Source: Dicyema japonicum (Eukaryota > Animalia > Dicyemida). From it: 64,000 bases of DNA. Below are positions 25,150 through 37,193 of this stretch, piece by piece. The notes below the pieces were generated by a model that saw only the letters and a list, made by a program, of their open reading frames with translations, searched no databases and was not told where the DNA came from. The stretch is from NCBI GenBank assembly GCA_011109175.1, contig RDEW01000019.1, positions 681,482 to 745,481 on the forward strand, given 5' to 3'. The translations under genes and the position numbers were made by a program. Numbering within the stretch: the first letter of the stretch is position 1; each line of letters starts with the position of its first letter.

Positions 25150-25794
25150 TAATAAATTCTAGTTTGTGGGAGATCGGATGGGAGTGAGGATCAGTAGTAT
25201 TTGGAGTATAGAGACCCACCTCAACGATGATATAGTCTGCATGGGAATTTCCATTCTACAAGAATTGAAATTTACTACGCACATTATTGATGATGCGGTG
25301 AAACTGTCGATACTTGTGGACTCCCTGTTCTTATCTGCGATGAAACAGAAAGTTTCCCGATACATAATTTAATAAACGATGTCGTAAAACGTAGATTGTA
25401 GTCTGCCGGATACCAACCCACGCCGGATCCCGCTGATTTGGGCCTTGGAGAGAAAAACAGTCCGATTGAATTACAATCTCTTCCTTCGAGGAGGTGAAGC
25501 ATGTGCCAATCCTTACTAAAAAATGAAATAAAATGGGTTCTCGACCGGTTAACTTCCACCCCATTAATATTAAAACAACTGGAGCGATAAGTAGAAAGTC
25601 TATCTTTCTCAAGAAATTAGGGGGTTTCAGCATACTCAGGAGCCATGACGTGGTTCCTCCAGTTGACATCGTTAGGTATCTGAGAAGAAACAACAAATTT
25701 GGTTTAAAACATTTATTAGTAACAGTTAAGCAAGTTTGGAGGCTTTTTCTTTAATTTGTTCTAATTTAGATAATGTAGTTGATTTTAATTGCAT
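25150..25794 (-). CDS. Unidentified gene or pseudogene with candidate micro-introns
   Basis: Candidate 29-nt and 23-nt GT..AG introns join open frames (..GWYPADYNLRFTTSFIKLYKNRES..MCNGNSHADYIIVEVGLYTP). The 5' part cannot be assembled without a correction. Confidence 0.3.
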
Positions 25795-25993
25795 TATTTT
25801 AGGTTTACAAAAAATATATTTTGAATGTAAATGATGGACTGCCTAATATATTACCACACCTAACCTCCCCATTTTTAGGTAAAATAAAGTTACAAGCAGA
25901 TTCTTCCATCAATGCTATAGAAATAATTATTTTAATTAAAAAATAAATGAAAAAAATTATTAATGTTTAATAGATTGAATATTAAAATATTGA

Positions 25994-28429
25994 CTAATTT
26001 CGACACGAAACGCTCTAAATATGATTAAATAACAAACTGCAAAAATACAATGGAAACATCATAATCGATAATTTCCTTGTTGACGGACTCAAACAAACGA
26101 ATAAAATAATCCTAAATATGACATAATATAAACCGATAATATACTAGTACTGATAAACGGAGAGAGAATTGAGTGAGACTTTCTCAAATGTACTGATATA
26201 TTGCGTATAATATAGTTCATAGTATGCCCCTCCTTTTTGTCCCACTAACAAATATTATTTGTATTTACCTTTCTAATGTATTGAATAATAGGATCAGTAA
26301 TAAAATTATATATAATATCATCAATTTGTAATTGTTGATTATATATTTCCCAATATTATTATAAAAAATACTTTTTTTGTGTTACCAAAAAGTGATATTA
26401 TTTGCTGTGAATCATTAACTGATAAAGTGACAAACATGCCTTGTATTGGAGTGATAATCCTTCCAATAAATTGAATGGTAGAATAACAAATCCCAATATT
26501 ACTAATGGATGATTTACAACACTGTAGGACATATTTCTATAATAAACAAAACTTAAACTTTCAACAGATCATTACAGTGAGTAACCATAATATTTGAGAG
26601 AGAAGGTATTTGTCTCACCATATTTATATACAATATTATATTATCAATGACAGACAATGATGAACTATAATAATAATAAATAATACAAAGTAATATTCTC
26701 GTCATTAATAATACAATTATACAATTCTGTATAACATTGTAGGTGGTTAAGTGGCTGATGAGAGTCAATACACGTCCAATTGATGCTATGGTTTAATAGG
26801 TAAACAACCTCATATTTGATATTACTTGTTGATGAACCAAATTAGCACATTTTGTAATCTATGTTAATATGAATATTACAAAGTCTAATGCTTTGAAACC
26901 AAGACTTATTTTAATGAATGATTGGTTGATATCACAATCATTGATAACATTGTAAATAGTAGTAATATCGTTAATATTTACAATCTAAGAATAATAATAT
27001 AACAACCTCAATATCACAATTCAAAAAATCATTAACCAGTTTTAATGAATAATTACAATATTCATGATTTATTATAATCAGTTCATCCATAGCCTTATCT
27101 TTCAAACCATTATCAATTAAAGTGATGATATGATCAGTAAAGGACTACCAAATATAATATAATATTTAAATAAATATAATATTTAAAAATTATAATTTTT
27201 AAATAAATAAATATAAATAATACTTTAAATTTATTAGATATATTCACCAAATTTCGTAGTAGTGACTGTAGTGACGCTATCCAGTTTGGAGTATCACTAG
27301 TATTAAATAACAATCACCTCAGTGGTGGATTATTGATGTAATCAAAAGACCCCTTTACTTGATCAATTATTATTCTCATAAATAAAAGTCTTCGTTTGTA
27401 CAAATAAGCACGAATATAACTATCAACATTTCCAATAGCAAATCCCTTAAAGTAAGCATTGCACACATTCGAGAATTTATCATCCAAAAGCCTCTCGACA
27501 TTCCACGACAGTGATGCTATTTCTTTACTATAATTTCTATATTTAATATTAATAATTACTCTAATGCTCTTATTCCGGTCAAATCATTTGTTAATAATTC
27601 TTTCATATTGTCAATTTGAACGAACACTCCTTCAAAGTCATATTTTACTAGTAATTTATTAATCATAGAATGAGCAGACTCAACGTTCAACATTTTAGTC
27701 AACTGCAATAATTATCACAAATACAATCTTTAGTAGCTTTTTGCTGTTTGTTTTAATATGACACAACTTTGATAGCCTTAACGGAAGCGTCTCCTCTGAT
27801 AATCTCACTTCATGTCTCCTTTATTGACAAATGTTACCTAATTTTGCTAATAAATGACTTAATCTCCAATATAGAGTCCTCCAATTCATCATGTGTTAGT
27901 ACTGCCTTAAAGAAATTATTTGACGACTTTCCCACACTGTCTAATATGCGTTCTTCTATAATATCAGCATGACGTGATAACTAATATTTACCATATATTA
28001 CTTTATCGTGCAATTCCATTGATTTATTTAATATATTCGGGAATATTTCATTAAATGTCATTTCATTCTTTAAATCAAAATCATTACTAAGGAAAATCTA
28101 TTTAGTAACAATATTATTACATCTGGGACATCACTCAGGTAATCTAAAAATAATATTACCACAAACTTATATCTTTACTCTTTCTATTATCAATAAACAT
28201 GTGTTTCTATTTATTAGCATATTATATACTTCATTCAGCTCTGCAATAGTACTGTTGGCTGAACTAACACTAAATGATGCAGAAAAACGACTATCAACAA
28301 ATTGATGTCCCCAATCATTATATAAATATAAATTATTAGGAGATAGTGACAATAACGTGGACAAACATGACTAATATTATATAATAACAATACATTTGAC
28401 ATTCTATCACTTAACTTACTACGCATCAT
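25994..28429 (-). CDS. VPS54: VPS54 (GARP complex subunit), at least 19 exons
   Basis: Removing 18 introns (17 of 19-24 nt, one of 79 nt) gives a continuous frame. It contains DWGHQFVD, VPDIFLSNDFDLKNEMTF, LHDKLSRHADIIEERI..SNNFFKA and LTGIRAL, matching the remembered Vps54 motifs WGxDFVD, VPxIF..DFxL..TF and LQEKLSHYLDIVE..FF.A. The last exon is uncertain. Confidence 0.9.
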
Positions 28430-29091
28430 TATTATTCAAATAATTAAATTAATTATTTAATATTTTATTCGACAATTCATGAAAGGTTATTTTATAATAA
28501 TTAATAATAAATATTATCTTTGTCAGCTTGTCCATCTCATCCTTCTGTCCGGGTCCACCTACTAGTTCTTTACTGAACCGAATATACCTGTCGGATCTCT
28601 AGGAGCGTCCGCTCTTGGTTGTAACGCTTTTTGTTAGCCACCAGTTTCTTTCACTGAAGGACCGGGGTAAATAAATAAAATAAATTCTGTCAATTTACTA
28701 CAAAATAATATAAAAAACATTCACAGCTATTTAAAATATGAATGACTGGGATATGTGCATACCTTTATCCTAAAATCCACTTAATGTTTTAATTTAGCTT
28801 CTGTAATTGGCGGAATAATAATTCATAAATTAGAGCCAACTCACATATTCTAACAAAATAGACGGATAAACCTAATCTGGCAGATGTTCAATATCAATAA
28901 AAATATTTTGTCGAGATTCGTTTTTTGAAGTAGCATTTTTCAAGGCTCCGATTAGTTAGTGATCGAAATTTCAGTAAACAATTTTAAATTAAATGCGAAC
29001 AAGTAACTCGGAATAACTTTTTCTAGAACATTACTAAAGTTATTCCGGCATAAAATAAACTAATAAAATCGATGCCAGATGTCGTATATGC

Positions 29092-30140
29092 CAGGGGTCG
29101 GCAACCGTGGCTCTGAGTTTTTTTACGTGGCTCTTTCAATTATCGCAAATGATTACTTACATCTCCAATAAAAATATTTTCAAACTCGTGTTTTTCTTAA
29201 AAACATAATTTTTTTTAGACTTTTAAATTCATTGAACCAGAAAATACCGTCATAGCCAGAATAAAAAAAATTCAGGTGATCTCGGCCTCCCTCAGCAGTC
29301 TTCGCATCCTCGGACTTGAAGGAAGTTCCGTCCAGGAGAACTCCTCTGGATGGTTGTTGACTAATGGTTCCTTTTAGATATAATTTAGGATTATTTCTGG
29401 CGCCACCAGAGATTGTGAACCACATTACGCACGCTAACAATTGAAGTTCCCTGGAGCCAAAAGGTAAGAGGAGGAACAGAAAAATCAAACAAATAATCTT
29501 CAATTCATTTATCCGCATAGCACCACACATCTTTTGCTTCACCTGGCATAAATGCCAAAATTGCGATTTTATATTAAATTTTTATTTTTGTTTAAATTAT
29601 TACACATTTTTGCATATTTTAATTTTAAATCATACTCGCTTAGGAATAATTCTGTTTGTGTCTCATCAATTATGTTTACATATACGTAAATAAGTAAAAA
29701 AAGATAGAAAACGTTTTTTAACCTCAATGGACTGAGACTTTTGCCATCATATCAAGCTCAGATCACTTTCCAAAATGTCTCCTTTTCACGAAAAAATTCA
29801 ACCGGAACAAAAAGTCAAATCTGTAGAAACACTTTATTTTAAAGCATGGTAATTTTTTAAGAAAATATCCAATTGGCGATGCAAGAAAACTAGCTGTGGA
29901 AAACTCAAAAAATATTAAAATGAAATTATTGGAAGAAGTCTGCCAGGACTACTAATATGGGAGCTTCATCGTCAGTCATGAGATTTCAAAAATGGAAAAC
30001 CATTCACAGATGGTGAATACAAATCCTGTTTTCTAAAATTGTCACAATAACTATTTCAAAGTTTTACAAATAAAACAGAGATTTTAAATCAAATTAAAAA
30101 TACACCGTTATCCGCAATTGTGAATAGAACAAAGATGTCT
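29092..30140 (+). mobile_element. 5' part of a decayed hAT element, with a LINE family-B fragment inside (about 29200-29550)
   Basis: TIR-like CAGGGGTCGGCAAC; transposase remnant GKPFTDGEY-KSCFL..ILNQIKNTPLSA. Confidence 0.65.
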
Positions 30141-30189
30141 TTAGTTAAACTTAATTTCTAACGAACAAGTAATCTAATAAATAATTATT

Positions 30190-32075
30190 GTCAATTATGA
30201 ATTTCGATGTATTAATCTAGAAATTGCTCCACTAAAATTAAAAATAAAAATTACCATATAAAATTTACAATTCGATGTGGTACAATAAAAGAAGAAATCA
30301 AAGATGCAAAACTAAACGGTATGTCGTTTTTTCGCTGTGTTGTTCATTATCAATAACTTCTTATTTTCTTCGTCAATAGTGGAAGGTAAATTTGAACATT
30401 CATTTTGTGAAGGATTGTCCGTTTGATTTTCTTCATTGTGTGATGAAGTTTTTATTGAATTTTCAAAATATACTTCGACATTCTCCATATAAGCGGACGT
30501 TTTAAAATCATTTTTATCTTTTGTAATCCCAGATGTTTCTTCAATTTGATTTCATTCATATCATATCAGAAATAACTTTATCTCCAGACTTATTTGTATC
30601 ATTTGAATCACTGATATGGTATTCATAAAATTCATACCTTATTTTTATAGCATTTTCGCTTGTTGTGCTGTATTGCAGATTAATTTCATCATTAGATTTT
30701 TCAATTACCGAACGTAAGTTTGGACAATTATTTTTTGAAGCAATGTCAATGTCTGAAGTATTTTCTTTATGTGTAAATGAATTGATTATTGTATTTTCTA
30801 CTTTTTCTTGGATATTCTCATTGTATATATTGGTTATAATTTCTTTTTCATTTTCAGTTTGTCGTGATGTTTCTTCATTTTTATTATCAATCGACATATT
30901 TTTCATTACATATTTATCTGATTTGACGGAATCTGAGAAATTTTCTGGATAAGAACTTTCTTTTAAAAAATGACTCTGAATTTTCAAATAAAGTTACTTT
31001 ACTTATTGGACCTTTCAAATATTCATATGATTGTACGGAATCTGAGGAATTTCCTGGAAATGAAAATTCGTTTGAGAAATGACTCTTTGAATTTTCAAAT
31101 ACATTCCCTGTACTCATAGGACCTTTCATATTTTCAAATGATTGGACTGAATCTGAGGAATTTCCTGAGGTAAACTTACGCTTGATAAATGACTCTTTGA
31201 ATTTTCAAATACATTCTCTGTACTCATAGGACCTTTCATATTTTCAAATGATTGGACGGAATCAGAGGAATTTCTGGAGGTAAACTTACGATTGATAAAT
31301 GACTCTTTGAATTTTCAAATAAATTCCCTGTACTCATAGGACCTTTCATATTTTCAAATGATTGTACGAATCTGAGGAATTTCCTGGATAAAACTTACGT
31401 TGATAAATGACTCTTTGAATTTTTTAATACATTCCCTGTACTCATTGGACCTTTCAAATATTCATATGATTGGACGGAATCTGAGGAATTTCCTGGAGGC
31501 AAGCTTACGCTTGATAAATGACTCTTTGAATTTTCAAATACATTCCCTGTACTCATAGGACCTTTCAAATATTCAATTGATTGGACGGAATCTGAGGAAT
31601 TTCTTGGATGCAAACTTACGCTTGATAAATGACTCTGAATTTTCAAATACATTCCCTGTACTTCATTGAACCTTTCAAATATTCATTTGATTGGACGGAA
31701 TCTGAGGAATTTCCTGGATAAAACTTTCGTTTAAAATGACTCTTTGAATTTTCAAATAATTTCTGTTACTAGGACCTTTCAAATTTTCAAATGATTGGAC
31801 GGAATCTGAGGAATTTCCTGGAGGCAAACTTACGTTTGATAAATGACTCTTTGAATTTTCAAATACATTCCCTGTACTCATTGGACCTTTCAAATTTTCA
31901 TATGATTGGACGGAATCTAAGGAATTTCCTGGATGCGAGCTTTCGTTTGATAAATGACTCTTGAATTTTCAAATGCATTCCTGTACTCATTCGACCTTTC
32001 AAATTTTCATATGATTGGACGGAATCTAAGGAATTTCCTGGAGGCGAGCTTTCGTTTGATAAATGACTCATTGAA
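30190..32075 (-). CDS. Repeat-protein gene A (Ser/Asn/Glu-rich; about 10 x 37-aa repeats plus two diverged ~100-aa modules)
   Basis: Open frames broken only by single-base homopolymer indels; paralogous to 42085-49885. A 27-nt GT..AG segment lies at 30611-30637. Start and end are approximate. Confidence 0.55.
30960..32075. repeat. 111-bp tandem array (about 10 units)
   Basis: Minus-strand unit encodes GPMSTGNVFENSKSHLSSVSLPPGNSSDSVQSYEYLK. Confidence 0.95.
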
Positions 32076-32469
32076 TTTTGCTTCAGTTATTTAAGCGATA
32101 TTTTAAATTTTCTACAATTTATATTTGTAAAATTATTTGTAATATTATCTTTCAGTAAAATACTTAACGGGCTCTTGGTCTGAAAATAATAAAGTTGTAT
32201 CTATTCGACCAGTCATCGAGGTGACCTAGTCCATACTTTGGTATTCGTTGAGAAATATGTTATTCATGACTTGATGTTTCTACATTTTCTTTAATAGATT
32301 AAATTTTAATTATTTGATTGTTTTACCTCATATATTTCTTACTTATTGACATTTGATAACCAGCTTCATAATGTTTTCCTGACAATTAACGTCACTTCAC
32401 GACCAATAAGGTCACTATATTTTTAAAGGTAAAAAAACATAAATTATTAACAACAAAAAATTAAGAAAC

Positions 32470-32860
32470 TATTCCGTGATAAAATTGAGAAGCATTTTCC
32501 TATAGTTTTTCCATGTGCTGAATGCATTCTTAATCGGAATGGAAAATGTTGGGTAAAGCAGTACACTTGGAACATGGTGGTTTGCTTTTTCAATTAAATC
32601 GTTAATACTTGTATAATACGGGCATTATCAAAAATAAATATCCGAATTTCCTCTTTATAACAATTTTTATGGATTCCAGAAAAATTAGTCATTGATGCAA
32701 TGACTGATGATTTCTAAAGGAATATAGGTAGAAGATACTTTTCCACGTCTTGTTCTTGAGCATACCGAAAATCCGACAATGTTCTCTTCTCAATAAATAT
32801 ATTTACCTTATCCCAATGTTAATGATTAGAAAGCGACGCTATTGTCCGGGTAAGTGCTCT
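32470..32860 (-). mobile_element. IS630/Tc1-like transposase remnant (duplicated at 50415-50815)
   Basis: IFDNARI..NDLIEKANHH..PIKNAFSTWKN motif (DDE_3 type). Confidence 0.7.
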
Positions 32861-33605
32861 CTCAAGACAAACTCTAGAAATGATCCCTAGAAGTATAGTT
32901 TTAAAATTTTTTCATTTACGCAATTTATTAAATTTTAACAATTTCTAACATGGAAGAAATAATATTACATGCTTTAAACATAGTTTACATATATCTGTTG
33001 ATATTATAATTATTTAATTAACATTATATTTTCATTAAATATTTTTAAATAAAATTTATTTATTATTCTTTTTATAAAAATGAATTCCTTGATACTAAGC
33101 TTCATAATTTCTTATTTTGTCTTATATCCTACACTGTCATTTTTAGGAATATACGTAATATATCAGTATCCTCCATAAAATCATTAGATGACATAACTGT
33201 CATGCACGCATGAATCTACAATCAAAGGAATTTGAGATAGATTTTGAGATCCCCTAAAAGATTACAAGATACATTCAAAGTGGAAATTCGCTTGGATTTG
33301 GGATGTTATCTTTACTATAGTTTAAAGTGAAGCGGAGTGGTTGATCTACAACTCAGATAAACTTGTTATTGCAAACTCGGTTTTATAAAAAGAAGCAACC
33401 AAATATGATGAAAAAGTGAACAATGCTCTGAAGTTTTTATTCTCATGTTGTTTATTGAATTTTCTTGCCAATGCATTTAATCTTTATAGTTAAGAAGACA
33501 ATTAATTTTAACCCCGAAGCAAGTCGTTATAGTTGCAGCTACTTATTTAGAAAAATACTGTTTTTCTCATGAAAAATTATATTTAGCTTACTTGCAATGA
33601 AAATC

Positions 33606-33960
33606 CTTATTATTATTAGCACTTTCACGAGAGCCATAATATTTATAGCCAGCAAAAATATAAGAGATTAGTTAGGTTGCTCCAAGCTCTTCTGTTCTTT
33701 GCTAGGTCCTCAGTGAGTCCAGATCGTTACCAGATGCCAATGTTTTCTTCACGGCTTTCAGATCGTTTTGTAGAACGACCGGAGGGTAGTTCTCGGTCTT
33801 CCACGAAAGCGTTTTACATTGGAGTAGTAATCTTCCATTGCGATATTCGGAGGGGATATCGGGTCCAACCTCACGAAAATCCTTATTCTTATTTAAAATT
33901 TAGGTCTTCTCGTTCACGTTTAAACAATGTTTTTGTAATTTGTTTCATTCAGTGAATTAA
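33606..33960 (-). mobile_element. RTE-like LINE 3' fragment with tail
   Basis: PNIAMEDYYSNVKRFRGRPRTTL.VVLQNDLKAVKK plus the conserved 3' tail. Confidence 0.85.
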
Positions 33961-34403
33961 GAACTTTTGTATAACTTCTTCCAAAAAAATTGGTCTCATC
34001 AAAACTTTTGCGCATTTTTAATTTCTCATTTCATAGCCTTCGTTCCGTTTTTCCAAACAAGAGTGAGGTAGACAAAGAAGATAGATAAATTTTAGGCCTT
34101 CATCTCGCCTTAAAAATCAAAGGGACGTCTTCCGAAAACAGAGTTCAGCTCAACGCCATTTCTAATAAAGTTTTATGTACTTTTCTTAATCGTGAATGTG
34201 TCAGGATTGGGGTCTCATTACGAATTGGATTAAAAGTCTGAGTGCCAGGTCCATGTTAATGCGGAGATCAGATTTACTATTTTGACCTTCACCTTCTTTC
34301 CTCCAGGAAGATTGCAGACAGATCTTCCTGACAAATAGCCTTAAACTAAGTCGTTAGGCGAGCTTTGAACGCTGCTGGACACCACTCTATGCTCAATCTA
34401 GTC

Positions 34404-36223
34404 AAGTGGTTCTTAACTTTTTTTAAGTTAGCGCCCCATTTGATACAATTTTGAAGCTTCAAAATTTCAGCGCCCCGTGAAATGCCAACTGACCAAATTT
34501 TAATATTATCAAATATTACTAATTATTTTTTAAAATTAAAAAATTATTCACAGACAAAACTTTTTTTGTTATATACAGGGTTTTCCTATTTATTTTATGA
34601 CTTGTCATAAAATTTGATAACTGTCAGAAAATTTAATAACTTTGTCAAAATGTTTAATAACTTTGTCAAATATTTATTGATCATTATTTATATTTATTGG
34701 ATCATTAAGTCCCTATAAAAACAAATTTTAGCAAAAAATGAATTAAATGAATAGTTACAAAAACTACTGTATCGAGGATAACCGAAAACTTATTATAAAT
34801 AAATATGAAGCAGGGTTGGCTTATTCAAAAATAAGCGAAGACATCTGTATTAACTACCAGACAGTTGTTTCTATCGTCAAAAAATACAAATATAAAGGAA
34901 GTTTTGCTTTTATAATAAATAATTGTGGACGAAAAAAAACTTAATTCATCGGACATCTAATTTTTGACTAAAAGACTTGAAGAAGATGCTTCATTTATGC
35001 TAAAGAATTTACAAAATTCTTTATTTGATGTGCAAAGAAAAAATGTCTCGACAATGAATAGACTCTATAGACATTTGGATATAGTTTAAGAAGATTCAAT
35101 TTGTACCTATGGCGAGAAATTCTACAATAAATATGGAAGAAAGATATAGATATGCCAGAAACATAATTGAAATTAATAATCAACGGCTTATTTTTATAAA
35201 CGAAATGGGAGTCAATTGTTCGATGAGATCAAATTTGGAAGATCTATAAAAGGAGTTACTCCGAAAAAATGTATTAGAAATATAAAAGAAAAAAATTTCT
35301 CTATTTGTGCTGCTATTTCAGTGGACAGCCTTTTACATTACGAAATCAATTCCTCCCCTTATCGCGCAGAGACGTTCGTTGATTTTGTAATATAGCTTGA
35401 TTATAAGCTTGAACGTGCAGGGAAAAAAGTATGGTTATATGTTATATTTAAGAAATGGTATTGATATGTGACAATGCATCAATTCACATGGGCGATCAAT
35501 TAAAAAATATTGTATTCGGAACTGGTATCCAATTAATTTTTAACGTGTATGAATTGTATTTTTTGCCTCTTATACTCCTCAACTTAATCCAATTGAAGAG
35601 TTTTTTTTCTGTTTGGAAAAATAACATTAAAAAGAAAAATTGTAGGAACTCTGAGGAATTAATAAACGCAATCCGAAACATCGGAGAAATTCCATCAGAT
35701 GTGTGCAATAATTTGTATAACCACATGCGGAGCTATTTAGTTAAAGCATTGGCTAATTTGAAGAATTTTAATTTACAGTTGTTTTTTTCGTGACCTTGAC
35801 AAAGTTATTAAACATTTTGACAAAGTTATTAAAATTGGCTTTTTTTAATTTGACCCTTGACATAGTTATTAAATTTTATGACAAAGTTATTAAATAAATA
35901 GGAAAACCCTGTAAAAACATTTTAGTGACTGCCTTGTGCTTGATAAGAATTTGTCCCTTTATGTCAGCTTCCACAGTTGACAGACTTCGTCTCAAATCTC
36001 CTCTATTCACAATTTGTAATTTATTTCTTTTTTTGTCAAAATACACCCAAAAAATAGAATTAATTAGAAAAGCCCGTGTTAAAAGTACACACAAAAAAAG
36101 TAGAATTAATTTGAAAAGCACGTGATAAATGATTTATAGAACCCAATAAAAATATTTATAATAATTAAAAAATAAAATTTCAGTGCCCCCTAATATGTTC
36201 CAACCCCCCGTTAAGAACCAGTG
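34404..36223. mobile_element. hAT MITE (about 480 bp without the nested element)
   Basis: Ends AAGTGGTTCTTAAC / GTTAAGAACCAGTG; near-perfect 8-bp TSD ATCTAGTC / AACTAGTC (7 of 8). Confidence 0.7.
34576..35911 (+). mobile_element. IS630/Tc1-like DNA transposon, 1336 bp, frameshifted transposase
   Basis: TIRs CAGGGTTTTCCTATTTATTT at both ends, TA TSD, internal aataactttgtca sub-repeats. Contains an HTH region, ICDNASIH and LNPIEEFFSVWK. Confidence 0.93.
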
Positions 36224-37193
36224 AACTAGTCTGTCTTTGCAGATGTGGCGGGAAACTACCCGATTGCGCGACCATCTTTCGTTTTTAAGCCGGAAAACCT
36301 CGTGTCTGGGGTGTCCTTAGCCCCAACACATTCGCTCTTACAGCCAACACCAGAGTGCCTTTGGAGTCTGTTCTGGCGCTGAGAAGGCCGAGAGGTCAAA
36401 ACGGGCAAAGTAAGCTGTCTTATCAGTAGATTTTTGTTTGCTCCGCTCGCAGTTGAAACCTCTGGCTTTTTTGCGCCTGAAACTGGAATTCTTGAGTGGC
36501 CTGAGGAATCGATTTTTGCACGAACAGAAGATACCTGTAAGCGCTGCTGACTATTTGTGCTAATCTCGCTTGCCATCCTGAGATGGAATAGCCACGGGTT
36601 AAGGTGGCCGCTGTATACCTTTTTGTTCATGTTCATTTTGGGAAACGGGATTCGAGTCTGGATAATTTCTGGACTCTACATTTCCTTTTTTGTCCAGAAC
36701 TTTGATGAAGTATCTTAAGCTTATCATTTCATCCAGGCATACAAAAAAGAAGACAAGTGTTTTTATACATCATGAAATGAAGTGACATTTTGCGATAAAA
36801 TCACCAACTCAACCTTCAGACCAACTAATCATTAGGTTAATACTATCCTTCATGGTATATACTATCCTTTTTACTTGTTTTACCATCAAAGTGTCCTTCT
36901 TGTTCGCTTTCATAATTGACAAAGATCATCCACCGTTTTTATTTTTACTCCCAATTTTGGCATAATCTTGATCCTGAGAAAGGAAATCTAATTTACGTCT
37001 AGAATAGATAACAATTTACCGAAAAACTAGTTATTATTTAGAAAATGACTAAAACTCTGAAAGTAATTATTATCAACGGAAGCTAAATGCAGCATGAGAA
37101 ACTATCCGGATGCTTTTTCTTTTCTATTTCACCCTTTCGTTGCCAATTCCTCTCTGAGACGCCCCCAAATCTTTTAAAAATTACCGTCCAAAC

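Larger units (their letters stand above)
34100..36600 (+). mobile_element. CRE-clade retrotransposon fragment split by nested DNA transposons
   Basis: Left part LNAI..TFLNRECVRIGVSLRIG..C.CG..VVRRALNAAGHHSML; right part CRCGGKLPD..GKPRVW..FAPLAVETSG..SLAILRWNS. Confidence 0.75.
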
